64,000 bases of DNA, from contig JBBCJC010000003.1 of the NCBI GenBank assembly GCA_037189525.1, positions 448,001-512,000 on the forward strand. The letters run 5' to 3'. The notes beneath the pieces are model-generated. The model saw only the letters and a program-made list of their open reading frames with translations. It did no database searches and had not been told where the DNA came from. Positions within the stretch are counted from its first letter, which is position 1. Each line of letters begins with the position of its first letter. Of this stretch, positions 32,002-42,234 are shown one piece after another. The DNA comes from Gemmatimonadales bacterium (GTDB lineage Bacteria > Gemmatimonadota > Gemmatimonadetes > Gemmatimonadales > GWC2-71-9). The translations under genes were made by a program, and so were the position numbers.

Positions 32002-33225
32002 GTGAGCGGGAGAACGCCGGTGAGTCGTCGGCTCGTGTGGGTCAATCACTATGCGGTTTCACCAGATCTATCCGGGGGGACGCGTCATTTCGAGTTGGGA
32101 CGCGAACTCGTCCGTCTCGGGTGGGACGTCACTGTCGCCTGTACCGACTTTCATTTCCAGGAGCGCCGTTACTGTCGGCGTCAGGTCGCAGATCGCACAC
32201 CAATCGAGGAGACGATCCAAGGCGTTCGCTTCTGCTGGCTCTGGAGCGCACCGTACCAGGTCAACAATTGGCGACGGGCCGCGAACTGGCTCAGCTTTGC
32301 CGGCCAGGTTGGTTCGCTCGATCGGCCGGCTGACGTCATCATCGGCTCATCTCCCCATCTCTTTGCGGCACACGCGGCCCGGAAGCTGGCCGCCCGCCAG
32401 CGAGTTCCCTTCGTCCTCGAGGTTCGGGATCTCTGGCCCGAAAGCCTGACTGCGGCCGGGGGAAGGAAGGGGCCTGCCTATTACGTTCTCGACGGCATGG
32501 CACGTTCACTATATCGCAAAGCCGATCGGATCATCGTTCTGACCCCCGGAGTTCGAGAAACCCTGGCGGAGCGTGGCTTGCCCAGTGAGCGTCTCGTTCT
32601 GGCGCCCAATGGGGTCGACGTCGCCGCCTTCCCGGCGCCTCGGCTCAAGCCCGGTCCTCAGGCCACCTTCATCTACGCTGGCGCGCATGGACCGGCCAAC
32701 GGACTCGATGTCCTGATCGACGCGGCTCATCTGGTTCGGAACGACGACCGAATCCGAGTCGTTACCGTCGGGGATGGTCCGGACAAGGCTCGCTTGGTGG
32801 CCAGGGCCGAGAGCCTTGGCCTCAGAAACCTCACCTTCCGGCCATCAGTGTCTAAAGCCGAGGTACCCAACCTGCTTGCCGGCGCCGATGTGGGGCTGAT
32901 GCTGCTGCGGGATACGGCGCTCTTTGCCTTCGGTGTCAGTCCCAATAAACTCTTCGATTACTTCGCGGCATCCCTGCCGGTCCTTTCCAATGTTCACGGG
33001 GAAACTGCGGACATGGTCGCTCGTGCCGCTGCTGGCGAAACGGTGACAGCCGGATCGGCCGAGGCCCTGGCCGCCGGAATGCAGCGAATGGCCGGACTCG
33101 AACCTGCCCAACGGATGCAGCGTGGTGAGCAGGGACGTCGATGGGTCGAGGCATCCCACGGTCGAGCCACTGTTGCCAGGCGATTGGATGAGGAACTCGG
33201 GACGCTGATTGCGAGGCATCCGTAG
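32002..33225 (+). CDS. Glycosyltransferase family 4, WbuB-like
   Basis: GGTRHFEL, SSPHLF, EVRDLWPES, YAGAHGPANGL, SPNKLFDY. Confidence 0.92.
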   Translation: MSGRTPVSRRLVWVNHYAVSPDLSGGTRHFELGRELVRLGWDVTVACTDFHFQERRYCRRQVADRTPIEETIQGVRFCWLWSAPYQVNNWRRAANWLSFAGQVGSLDRPADVIIGSSPHLFAAHAARKLAARQRVPFVLEVRDLWPESLTAAGGRKGPAYYVLDGMARSLYRKADRIIVLTPGVRETLAERGLPSERLVLAPNGVDVAAFPAPRLKPGPQATFIYAGAHGPANGLDVLIDAAHLVRNDDRIRVVTVGDGPDKARLVARAESLGLRNLTFRPSVSKAEVPNLLAGADVGLMLLRDTALFAFGVSPNKLFDYFAASLPVLSNVHGETADMVARAAAGETVTAGSAEALAAGMQRMAGLEPAQRMQRGEQGRRWVEASHGRATVARRLDEELGTLIARHP

Positions 33226-35063
33226 TGGCCTCGCTCCTGTCGCCCTCGGCCTTGGGCGCGATTCTGCGGAGCTACGGTGCGGTCGGGCTGAGTCGTCGCG
33301 CGTTGCACGAATTCCGGCGGACGTTGGGATCGTACCGACGCGCTCCGAAGCATCCCGTGCGACCGGACGAGGCAGGTCGAGATCGTTCGGCATTTCGGGT
33401 CGACGCAGCTGCCGTGAGGGTCGCGACCGATTTGGATGCGGCGGTGGCCAGAGCGGAGCGTGTGGTGGCTGGAGAGTACCAGGCATTCCGTCACGGCTGG
33501 CTTCACCTTCCGGAAGGGGACCAGTGGCATCGTCATCCGCACACCGGGGCCGTCCGTATCCCGGATCGCGACTGGTGGCGCCGTAATCTGCTCGACCCCG
33601 CGTTTGGCGATATCAAGGACCTTTGGGAGCCAGCCCGCTTCGGATGGGTATATGACTTGCTGCGCGGGTATGCGGTCACGGGCGACCCTCGATTCCGCAG
33701 TGCATTCGTCGGCCGGGTTACCGACTGGTGGGCATCGAATCCTCCGTTCAGCGGGCCTCATTGGGCATGTGGGCAGGAGACGGCGATTCGTGCCATCGCG
33801 CTCCTCTATGCGGAGGCCAACTTCGATCTTGAACAAGGCGAACGGCAGCTGGTGCTCCGGATCCTGGGTGCATCGGGGGAGCGGATCAGGGATGCCATCG
33901 GCTACGCCCTGTCACAGCGCAACAATCACGGCCTCTCCGAATCAGCCGGGTTGGTGGCCATCGGCGACCGACTGAGTGGCCTACATCCGGCGGCCGACCG
34001 ATGGTACTCCACGGGTCGGCGTCTGGTGACGCGGTTGGTACGGGAGCAGTTTGCAGAGGATGGTTGGTACTGCCAGCACTCCTTCGTGTATCTGCGGCTG
34101 GCGGTCGACCAATGCGTCATCGCCTCGCGGGTATTTCGGAGTCGAGGGGACGATCTCGACGAAACGGTGAGCGCACGGCTTCGATCGGCCCAGGATTTAT
34201 TGATGGCAGTGCTCGATCCGGAAACCGGGGTGGTACCCAACTATGGGCCGAGTGATGGGGCATTCGTTCATCCGATCACGCTTGGAGCGTACCGTGACTT
34301 TCGCCCGACCGTTACTGCGCTCGCCGCGGTCGTCGAGGCGCCGTTGCCCGAGGAGGTCGCACCGGACCGGGAAGTGCTTGCCTGGCTCGGTCGAACCGTT
34401 CCTGGAACAGTGAAGTTGGACCGCCGGCCGCGGATCATCGTCGGTTCATCGGGGTGGGCCTCCGCACGCCTGGGGAATGTGGCCGTCTTCCTTCGGGCCG
34501 GGCGCTATCGGTTTCGGCCAGGTCACTTCGATCCCCTGCAACTCGATGTCCGGATCGGGTCGAGCGAAGTTCTGACAGACCCCGGCACCTATCGCTACGG
34601 CGGTGCGCCGCCGTGGCGGAATCGTTTGGTCGGATCGGAGCTGCATAACGGACCGACCCTGCTTGATAAGCCGTCGGTGGCCAAAGGCCCTCGCTTCCTC
34701 TGGCTGCAGTGGCCGGCAGCTGACATCGTATCCGTATCGGAGAATGAGACCACATGCTCGATTGTTGCTGTCACCGAAGACGGCCTGGAGCGGGAGGTTC
34801 GCGTGAGTCACGAAAGTGTCGAGGTTCGGGATCGCTCGCGTCATGGCGCGGGAATCCGGGTCAACTGGCTCTTGCATCCGGAGGCCGACGCGAGATGGAT
34901 ATCTGCGAGTGACGGTCGCTGGACCATTGCCGATGATGCCAGTGGATCCGGATGGTTCTCTCCGGCCTATGGTGTAAGGGTACCGTCCCGGTACTTCGTC
35001 TCGGAGCGCAGGGATGGAGGTCCGCTTGTGCTTCGAGTTCATGGAGAGGGAGTTTCTGAATGA
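33225..35063 (+). CDS. Heparinase II/III-family protein
   Basis: DIKDLWEPARF, NNHGLSE, DGWYCQHSFVY, NYGPSDG, GHFDPL, DPGTYRY, HNG. Confidence 0.88.
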   Translation: MASLLSPSALGAILRSYGAVGLSRRALHEFRRTLGSYRRAPKHPVRPDEAGRDRSAFRVDAAAVRVATDLDAAVARAERVVAGEYQAFRHGWLHLPEGDQWHRHPHTGAVRIPDRDWWRRNLLDPAFGDIKDLWEPARFGWVYDLLRGYAVTGDPRFRSAFVGRVTDWWASNPPFSGPHWACGQETAIRAIALLYAEANFDLEQGERQLVLRILGASGERIRDAIGYALSQRNNHGLSESAGLVAIGDRLSGLHPAADRWYSTGRRLVTRLVREQFAEDGWYCQHSFVYLRLAVDQCVIASRVFRSRGDDLDETVSARLRSAQDLLMAVLDPETGVVPNYGPSDGAFVHPITLGAYRDFRPTVTALAAVVEAPLPEEVAPDREVLAWLGRTVPGTVKLDRRPRIIVGSSGWASARLGNVAVFLRAGRYRFRPGHFDPLQLDVRIGSSEVLTDPGTYRYGGAPPWRNRLVGSELHNGPTLLDKPSVAKGPRFLWLQWPAADIVSVSENETTCSIVAVTEDGLEREVRVSHESVEVRDRSRHGAGIRVNWLLHPEADARWISASDGRWTIADDASGSGWFSPAYGVRVPSRYFVSERRDGGPLVLRVHGEGVSE

Positions 35064-37204
35064 AGCAGGTGCTGCAGCGCCTCGACAGCGGACAGATCGA
35101 GGTCCGCGACGTTCCAACGCCAAACATCGGTCCGCACCAACTGTTGATCCAGACGCGAGCGACACTCTTGTCGGCGGGAACGGAGCGGATGCTGGTTGAG
35201 TTCGGGCGTGCCAGCCTCATCGGCAAGGCGCGCAGCCAACCGGATCGGGTGCGCCAAGTGCTCGATCGAATGCGGACCGACGGGATTGGCCCGACCCTGG
35301 AGGCGGTCCGATCCAAGCTGGCCGACCCGCTACCCCTGGGGTACTGCAACGCAGGCATCGTCCGAGCGGTCGGATCCAAGGTCAATGGTTTCTCCATCGG
35401 GGATCGCGTCGTATCCAATGGATACCATGCCGAATGGGTTCGGGTCCCTGCCACCCTTGCGGCGCCGCTTCCGGATGGTGTCAGCGATGAATCGGCCTGT
35501 TTTACCCCCCTTGCTGCCGTCGCGCTCCAGGGGATCCGATTGGCGGCGCCGACGCTGGGAGAAACGGTCGTCGTGTTCGGCCTGGGCTTGGTCGGGTTGT
35601 TGTCCGTTCAGCTCTTGCGCGCGAGCGGTTGTCGAGTCATCGGCCTCGACCTCAATCCGGAGCGGCGTCGGATGGCCGAGCAGTTCGGTGCCATCACCTT
35701 CGAGTCGACCGGTGCGGCTCAGGTGGAGGCAGTGCGGCAGGCGACCGATGGGGTCGGTGCCGATGCTGTCTTGCTCACGCTGGCATCGAAGTCGAGTGAG
35801 CCGGTTTCGCTTGCTGCGGAAATGGCCCGCCAGCGCGGACGATTGGTTCTCGTCGGTGTCGCGGCACTCGAGTTGAATCGGGAGCCGTTTTTCCGCAAAG
35901 AACTTCAGTTTATGGTGTCGTCGAGTTACGGGCCCGGCCGATACGATCCGGCCTATGAAAACGAGGGGCAGGACTACCCCATCGGCTTCGTGCGATGGAC
36001 CGCTCAGCGTAACTTTGCCGCAGTGGTCGACCAGATCGACCGTGGCGGTATTGACCCGTTGCAACTGGTGACCCATCGCGTACCCGTGTTCGAGGCGGCA
36101 ACCGCCTACGAAGCGATCCTCGAGGATCATGATAGCCTTGCGGTTATCTTGACTTATCCCGAGCGAGAGGATGCGGCTGCTTCACCTACCGTTCCGGTCG
36201 CACGGTCGTCATCGACGGTGTCACGTCAGACGCATGCCCAGGTCATTGCCGGCGTGTTGGGGGCCGGGAACTTTGCCCGGCGGACGCTCCTTCCGTTGCT
36301 GGGCAAAGCGGGCATTCAGGTCCGGACCGTCGTGTCGAACGGGGGGTTGGATGCCTCACTTGCGGCCGAACAGGTACAGGCCGATGCTGCCTCGACGGAT
36401 ATCGCGGCGGTGATCGATGATCCGAACGTCAACGCCGTGTTCGTATTGACGCGTCACGATTCTCACGCGAGTCTCGCGCTGCGAGCACTCCGGGCGGGGA
36501 AACACGTCTTCGTCGAGAAGCCGTTGGCGCTGCACAGTGAAGAATTGGACGAACTCGAATCGCTGGCTTCGGAGTCACCCGGTGTGCTCACGGTAGGGTT
36601 CAATCGGCGGTGGGCGCCTCTGACGAACGAATTGGGGCGCCGCCTGGCGGGCCGCGTCGGTCCGCTTGCCATTACCTGCACCGTGAACGCCGGTGCGCTG
36701 CCAGCGGATCACTGGGCCAAGAGCCGGGGAGTCGGTGGCGGGCGGCTTCTGGGTGAAGGGTGCCATTTCATCGACCTGCTCCGTCGCGTCGTTGGGGCGC
36801 CGATTGCCTCATTAGATGTGTGTGCGGCTCAAGTCGATAGCCGGGTCGTCGAAGATATCGCGCATCTGACCCTTCGCTTTGCTGATGGTTCGATCGGCAC
36901 CATTGCGTATCTGTCGAACGGCGCCCGTGACTATCCCAAGGAAACAGTGACCTGTTTTGCGGATGGTCGGACCCATGTGATCGAAAACTGGCGGCGGCTA
37001 CGGTCGTTCGGACGCCCAGCGGTTGCAGCGGGCTGGCCGCGTCGCCAGAACAAAGGGCACCTCGAGCAGCTCCACGCGTTCGTGGCGGCGATCGGGCGCG
37101 GTTCGCCGCCGATCCCGTACGACGAGTTGTTCGAGGTTTCCCGGTGGTCGATCCGCGCGGCCGAGTTGGCCCGCCAGGGCTTGAATCGGATCGAGGTGAC
37201 GTGA
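35060..37204 (+). CDS. Bi-domain oxidoreductase (Zn-ADH-like plus Gfo/Idh/MocA)
   Basis: SAGTE, PLGYCNAG, GLGLVG, SYGPGRYD; then GAGNF, TRHDSH, HVFVEKP, GFNRR, GEGCHFID. Confidence 0.93.
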   Translation: MKQVLQRLDSGQIEVRDVPTPNIGPHQLLIQTRATLLSAGTERMLVEFGRASLIGKARSQPDRVRQVLDRMRTDGIGPTLEAVRSKLADPLPLGYCNAGIVRAVGSKVNGFSIGDRVVSNGYHAEWVRVPATLAAPLPDGVSDESACFTPLAAVALQGIRLAAPTLGETVVVFGLGLVGLLSVQLLRASGCRVIGLDLNPERRRMAEQFGAITFESTGAAQVEAVRQATDGVGADAVLLTLASKSSEPVSLAAEMARQRGRLVLVGVAALELNREPFFRKELQFMVSSSYGPGRYDPAYENEGQDYPIGFVRWTAQRNFAAVVDQIDRGGIDPLQLVTHRVPVFEAATAYEAILEDHDSLAVILTYPEREDAAASPTVPVARSSSTVSRQTHAQVIAGVLGAGNFARRTLLPLLGKAGIQVRTVVSNGGLDASLAAEQVQADAASTDIAAVIDDPNVNAVFVLTRHDSHASLALRALRAGKHVFVEKPLALHSEELDELESLASESPGVLTVGFNRRWAPLTNELGRRLAGRVGPLAITCTVNAGALPADHWAKSRGVGGGRLLGEGCHFIDLLRRVVGAPIASLDVCAAQVDSRVVEDIAHLTLRFADGSIGTIAYLSNGARDYPKETVTCFADGRTHVIENWRRLRSFGRPAVAAGWPRRQNKGHLEQLHAFVAAIGRGSPPIPYDELFEVSRWSIRAAELARQGLNRIEVT

Positions 37205-37833
37205 GAGGTCTGGTGAGTTACCGAGGTGCGGGTAAGCGGGGGATCGATCTCGCGCTCGCTCTCGTAGGCCTTGTCGTGGCGGCGCCGCTTGCCCTCGGTA
37301 CGGCGATTGCCGTCTTCCTTGCGATGGGGCGCCCCGTTTTCTTTACCCAGGAGCGCGCCGGAATCAATGGAACACCGTTTCGGCTGTTCAAATTTCGGAC
37401 AATGACCCTCGGGGGGAACGGTGAGAGCCCGGATTGCTCCGATGCGGCGCGACTGACCCGAGTCGGACGATGGTTGCGGGCGTTGAGTCTCGATGAGATT
37501 CCGCAGCTCTGGAACGTCCTCAAGGGGGATATGAGCTTGGTGGGACCGCGTCCGCTGTTCATGGATTATGTCGGTCTGTATTCTGCGGAGCAAGCGAGGC
37601 GTCTCGACGTTCGTCCCGGCATCACCGGATGGGCGCAGGTGAATGGCCGCAACCAGGTCGGTTGGGATCAGCGGTTCCGATACGATGTCTGGTATGTCGA
37701 CCATCTCTCGTTTCGGCTGGACCTGCGCATTTTAGCGCTCACGGTTGCGCGCGTGCTTTCCCGCGATGGAGTAGCCCAGGAAGGTCATGTCACGATGGAA
37801 CGGTTTACGGGAAGCGGCACTCGTGGCGAGTAG
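37201..37833 (+). CDS. Monotopic phosphoglycosyltransferase (PglC-like sugar transferase)
   Basis: [48 protein letters not shown]. Confidence 0.95.
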   Translation: MRGLVSYRGAGKRGIDLALALVGLVVAAPLALGTAIAVFLAMGRPVFFTQERAGINGTPFRLFKFRTMTLGGNGESPDCSDAARLTRVGRWLRALSLDEIPQLWNVLKGDMSLVGPRPLFMDYVGLYSAEQARRLDVRPGITGWAQVNGRNQVGWDQRFRYDVWYVDHLSFRLDLRILALTVARVLSRDGVAQEGHVTMERFTGSGTRGE

Positions 37834-38476
37834 ACGATTGTTGGTGTGGGGAGCAGGCGGGCACGGTGCCGTCGTTGCGGACGCGGTGCGGGCTGCCGGC
37901 GACCAGCCCGTGGGGTTCATCGATCGAAACGCGGATCGCCTGGGACAGGTCGTCCCGGGAACGGATCTGTCGGTGTTGCTACTCGAATCGGTGCTGCTGA
38001 ACGATATGAGCTCCCTCCCGGCCCAGGTCGATGCGAGCGGGGTCGTGTGGGGGATTGGTGATAATGCGGCCCGGCTGTCCCTCCACGATCGCCTGGCGGA
38101 CGGCCTGGTTGCGACCGTGGGTCATCCGAGTGCGGTGGTGGCGCCTTCGACATCCATCGGTGCCGGTTCCGTCGTCCTGGCTCGGACCGTGGTCAACCCT
38201 CGGGCACGCATCGGCGCGGCGGTGATCCTCAACACCGGGTGTATCGTCGAGCATGATTGCGCCATCGGAGATGGTGCGCATGTCTCTCCCGGTGCGGTGC
38301 TCTCGGGTGGCGTGACCGTTGGCCGCTTGGCGTGGATCGGCGCCGGCGCGGTAGTGCTGCCCGGCCGGCGGGTTGGGGCCGGCGCGATCGTGGGCGCCGG
38401 CGCCGTCGTGACTCGAGACGTGGCTGAGGGAGCAACCGTGGCAGGCAACCCCGCGCGTTCATTGGAGAAGAGCTGA
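37823..38476 (+). CDS. Sugar acetyltransferase (PglD/NeuD family)
   Basis: [20 protein letters not shown], hexapeptide repeats, GNPAR. Confidence 0.93.
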   Translation: MASRRLLVWGAGGHGAVVADAVRAAGDQPVGFIDRNADRLGQVVPGTDLSVLLLESVLLNDMSSLPAQVDASGVVWGIGDNAARLSLHDRLADGLVATVGHPSAVVAPSTSIGAGSVVLARTVVNPRARIGAAVILNTGCIVEHDCAIGDGAHVSPGAVLSGGVTVGRLAWIGAGAVVLPGRRVGAGAIVGAGAVVTRDVAEGATVAGNPARSLEKS

Positions 38477-38478
38477 TC

Positions 38479-39669
38479 ATGGCCGACACGGTTCGCTCCT
38501 CAGGAACGACGGCACCCGCCGCCTGGCGCATTCCCTTATCGATACCTCATTTAAGCGGGGATGAAGCCGCCTTCGTGCAGGAGGCGTTCGAAACCAATTG
38601 GGTTGCACCGCTTGGTCCACACGTCGATGCGTTCGAGCAGGAATTCGCTACCGTGGTCGGGGCCGACCACGCGGTGGCGTTGAGTTCCGGAACGGCGGCG
38701 CTTCACCTGGCGTTGCTGCATGGCGGGGTGGGGGCAGGGGATGACGTGCTCGTCAGCACTTTGACCTTTGCGGCATCAGTCAATCCGATCCGATACCTCG
38801 GCGCGCGCCCCGTCTTTGTAGACTCCGAACGGACCTCGTGGAATCTGGACCCCGACCTGTTGGAGGCAGCTCTCAAACGTGCCTCCGCTCTGGGGCACTT
38901 ACCCAAGGCCATTGTCGTCGTCCATCTGTATGGTCAGAGCGCCGACTTGGATCCGATCGTTCAGTTGGCTGACCGATACGGCGTGCTGCTCGTAGAGGAT
39001 GCGGCCGAAGCGCTGGGCGCGACCTATCGGGGACGAATGCCCGGTAGCATGGGCTGGTCCGGTGTGTTTTCGTTCAATGGCAACAAAATCATTACCACGT
39101 CCGGTGGCGGGATGCTCGTCACCAATGACGGCGCGCTCGCGACCCATGCCCGCAAGCTGGCAACTCAGGCACGCGAACCCGCTGCGCATTACGAGCATAC
39201 CGAGATCGGATTCAATTATCGGTTGAGTAACGTCCTCGCGGGAATCGGACGAGCACAGTTGCGGTGTTTGGAGGACCGGGTCGCTGCGCGCCGACGAAAT
39301 TTTCGCTTCTACAGTGAACGGCTGCGAGATCTCCCGGGTCTCGGCTTCATGCCTGAAGCGTCGTGGGGGCGTCACACCCGCTGGCTGACAGCAGTTACAT
39401 TCGATTCGCAGCAGTTCGGAGCCGATCGCGAGACCGTTCGGACGGCATTGGCGAAGGCCGGAATCGAAGCGAGGCCCGTGTGGAAACCCATGCATCTCCA
39501 GCCGGTATTTGCACCGTTCGAGGTCATTGGGGGCGCGGTCGCCGAGGAAATTTTTTGTGACGGGCTGTGTCTACCTTCGGGGTCGCAGCTGACGGACGCG
39601 GAACTGACCGAAGTAACCGACGTCATTCGAGACGTCGCTGCCAATCCAACGCTCTCACGTCAGTCCTGA
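38479..39669 (+). CDS. DegT/DnrJ/EryC1/StrS aminotransferase (PglE-like)
   Basis: SSGTAALHLAL, EDAAEALG, SFNGNKIITTSGGG, GFNYRLSN, RPVWKPMH. Confidence 0.95.
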   Translation: MADTVRSSGTTAPAAWRIPLSIPHLSGDEAAFVQEAFETNWVAPLGPHVDAFEQEFATVVGADHAVALSSGTAALHLALLHGGVGAGDDVLVSTLTFAASVNPIRYLGARPVFVDSERTSWNLDPDLLEAALKRASALGHLPKAIVVVHLYGQSADLDPIVQLADRYGVLLVEDAAEALGATYRGRMPGSMGWSGVFSFNGNKIITTSGGGMLVTNDGALATHARKLATQAREPAAHYEHTEIGFNYRLSNVLAGIGRAQLRCLEDRVAARRRNFRFYSERLRDLPGLGFMPEASWGRHTRWLTAVTFDSQQFGADRETVRTALAKAGIEARPVWKPMHLQPVFAPFEVIGGAVAEEIFCDGLCLPSGSQLTDAELTEVTDVIRDVAANPTLSRQS

Positions 39670-39721
39670 AACCTTCTGTGCCATTAGGCGCAAACTGGGC
39701 GCACGTCGCCTCGCAGTCGCG

Positions 39722-41026
39722 ATGAGTTGCTGGTTGGTTTCCGAGCACGGCCCTATCGGGTCGTTGCCGCTGCTTGCCATTGGGTCGGCGCTCGACGCCG
39801 GTCCGATTCGCCAGGTGACCACGTCTCTGAGTTCTCATCTCCTCGCGAGATCGCGGGGAATCTCATCGGATTGGTTGCATGGCTGGCGTTCGAGGGAGGA
39901 ACGCTACGTCGTGGCCGATGCGGCGGCATATGGCCGCATCGAACTGGCTCGGACGGCCCATATTCCCGGTAGCCGGGAAGCAGTACTCGATGCGGTTGGT
40001 CTGCTGGCCCAGGATATCGAGCGCATCTGGCGTCAGGAGCCGCCGTCTTTCGTGGTCATCTGGGAACGACGTCGGGCTTTGGGCGGTCTGGTCGCACGCC
40101 AGGCATTGGAAGCCGATGTTCCGGTCGTAACGGTTCAGAACGGCTTTGGTGTGAATACCATGCTCGTGGATCGCCTGGTCAGCGAGGAGTCGACCCTCCT
40201 GCAGGTTCGCCCGTTGCTCGAGGGGATGCACGAACTGCCACATGTGGTGTGGCGGCGGCCGGCCCGATTCGGGGTTGTCGCGGATGCACATCGAACCTTG
40301 GCATCGGCGGGGCTGTGGGTCGATTATGGCGAGAAGCTCGCCAAAGCAGCCTTTGGATACCCGAGTCTTGTTCCACTCGGATACTGGCACGCATTCGCGC
40401 GTGACCGCGTCGGGAAACGCGAGCCCCCCAATGATGTCGTGCCTTTCGGAGCGCGGTTCGCGCTGCTTGCGCTCCATACTCCGGCGATCAATGGCTGGGG
40501 AGCCGATCCGCTCGAGTTTGCGGCGCTGGTCCTGCAGAACATTCCGGCCGGGTTGCCGCTCGTCATCTGTCCGCATCCCGGCGATCGGCAGGCCGGGCAG
40601 CTTGCGGTGCTCCGCGCGATGGCGGATCGGCGGGCCGATACCTTCCTGGCAGCGCGATCACCCGCCTGGCCGCTTCTGGATGATTGCGATCTTCTCATCA
40701 CGATGAGTTCGGCGATTGGCCTCGAAGCCCTGTGCCGGGGCATCCCCACGCTGGCCCTCCCAAGCGCCTACTATGCGCGTCCCGGGCTTGCGATTCCGCT
40801 GGATCCGTTGTCGCCCCACCGAATCGCCGAGGTTGCCGCTCTGCCGTCGGCCTTTCGGCCTAATCCAGCGGCAGTGACGGCCCTGATGTGCACACTGGAG
40901 CGGGAACACCTGGTGGCGCGAGGGCCGCATCAGTCGTCTTCGGCGACCGCGAACGATGTCGCGACGATCATGACGAGACTCGCTTCATGGCAGCTGCCGC
41001 CGGTGAGCGGCCAGGACCATGCGTAG
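39722..41026 (+). CDS. KpsS/LipB-like (Capsule_synth-like) glycosyltransferase
   Basis: C-terminal LVICPHPGD and LITMSSAIGLEALCRGIPTLAL...YARPGL. Confidence 0.65.
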   Translation: MSCWLVSEHGPIGSLPLLAIGSALDAGPIRQVTTSLSSHLLARSRGISSDWLHGWRSREERYVVADAAAYGRIELARTAHIPGSREAVLDAVGLLAQDIERIWRQEPPSFVVIWERRRALGGLVARQALEADVPVVTVQNGFGVNTMLVDRLVSEESTLLQVRPLLEGMHELPHVVWRRPARFGVVADAHRTLASAGLWVDYGEKLAKAAFGYPSLVPLGYWHAFARDRVGKREPPNDVVPFGARFALLALHTPAINGWGADPLEFAALVLQNIPAGLPLVICPHPGDRQAGQLAVLRAMADRRADTFLAARSPAWPLLDDCDLLITMSSAIGLEALCRGIPTLALPSAYYARPGLAIPLDPLSPHRIAEVAALPSAFRPNPAAVTALMCTLEREHLVARGPHQSSSATANDVATIMTRLASWQLPPVSGQDHA

Positions 41027-42008
41027 CGGGCGGTTGAGAGCGGTCCTTCTCAATGACTGCCTGGTCGCCAGTCATCTGGGTACGGTGCTGGTCGCACGGA
41101 ATCTGGCCGCCGGGTTGTCCGGAGTCGGGGTCGATCTCGTAGGGCGCTATCCGCGGGGGTTCAGCCGATGGGACGCCCGATTCGATCGGGTTCTGGAACA
41201 GACCGACGTCGTCATCATCAACGGGGAAGGTACCTGCCATCACGATGCCCCTGATGCCGCGCGCTTCTTCGAAGCCGCCAGGCGGGCACATGAGAAGGGG
41301 AAGGCCGTGGTGCTGCTCAACACGGTTTGGCAGGATAATCCGAATCTCAAAAGCTTTCTTCGATACGTCGACCGATTGTTCGTCCGCGAATCGGCCAGCG
41401 CTGCGGATCTTCGGCATGCCGGACATGTTGCCGCGGTGGTTCCGGATCTTTCACTCGCTGCCGACCTCGACGGTCGAAGACAACCTGCTACCGGCCTGCC
41501 GCTCGTTACGGATGCCGTCGGCTATGAAGACTCGCTCGCGCTGGGCGAGTTTGCGACGTCGCGTCGATGGCCTTTCCGACCCATGCGACGGTGGTTCAGG
41601 GGCATCCTGCTCAAACATCCGCGGCGGGTTTTGAGGGTCGCGCTGGCGTGTTCCGGAGGGGTTTCGCCGCTCGATGCCACCGACTATGGACTGATCGGCA
41701 ATGCTTCTACGATCCTTACTGGCCGGTTCCACGGGGTATGTCTGGCACTGATCGCCGGACGACCGTTTGTCGCGCTCTCCTCGAACACGCATAAAATCGA
41801 GGCGATGGCGACGGATATGGGGCTGCGCGAGTTGATTCTCACCGGTCGGACCTTTGATATCGATGCCATCACACGGCTCATGGAAATGGTCCAGGAGGAA
41901 GGGTACCGTAATCATGTTGTGGAGCGAATTGCGGCATACATAGGGACAGCGCGCCAGGCGCAGCAGGCGATGCTTCTCGAAATCCGAACCCTTGCTTCAG
42001 GCCGGTAG
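41019..42008 (+). CDS. Polysaccharide pyruvyl transferase family protein
   Basis: INGEGTCHH, VRESAS, VPDLS, TGRFHG, SNTHKIE. Confidence 0.85.
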   Translation: MRSGRLRAVLLNDCLVASHLGTVLVARNLAAGLSGVGVDLVGRYPRGFSRWDARFDRVLEQTDVVIINGEGTCHHDAPDAARFFEAARRAHEKGKAVVLLNTVWQDNPNLKSFLRYVDRLFVRESASAADLRHAGHVAAVVPDLSLAADLDGRRQPATGLPLVTDAVGYEDSLALGEFATSRRWPFRPMRRWFRGILLKHPRRVLRVALACSGGVSPLDATDYGLIGNASTILTGRFHGVCLALIAGRPFVALSSNTHKIEAMATDMGLRELILTGRTFDIDAITRLMEMVQEEGYRNHVVERIAAYIGTARQAQQAMLLEIRTLASGR

Positions 42009-42026
42009 CGCCAGCCCCGAGCGAAT

Positions 42027-42176
42027 TGTCGTGTTGACACAACAGTTTGTGGTGTTTGGCACACGTCGAAAATGGTGACAGTGCAATTTTTGTTCAGGTG
42101 GTTATTTGTAACCTATTGAAATTAAAAGGTTTAAGGAGCACGTGGCAAATTGGCGTGCTGCGGCACGTTTCTCTCT
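42027..42176 (+). promoter_or_regulatory. Putative enhancer dyads, IHF site and imperfect sigma54 promoter
   Basis: TGTC-N5-GACA (42027-39), TGT-N10-ACA (42048-63), IHF-like TAACCTATTGAAA (42109-21), CGGCACG-N4-TCTCT (42161-76). Confidence 0.5.
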
Positions 42177-42234
42177 ATTTGTCGAGCCGACGGTGGACAG
42201 TTCGAACCTGACGACTTCAACATTCGAGACTAAC

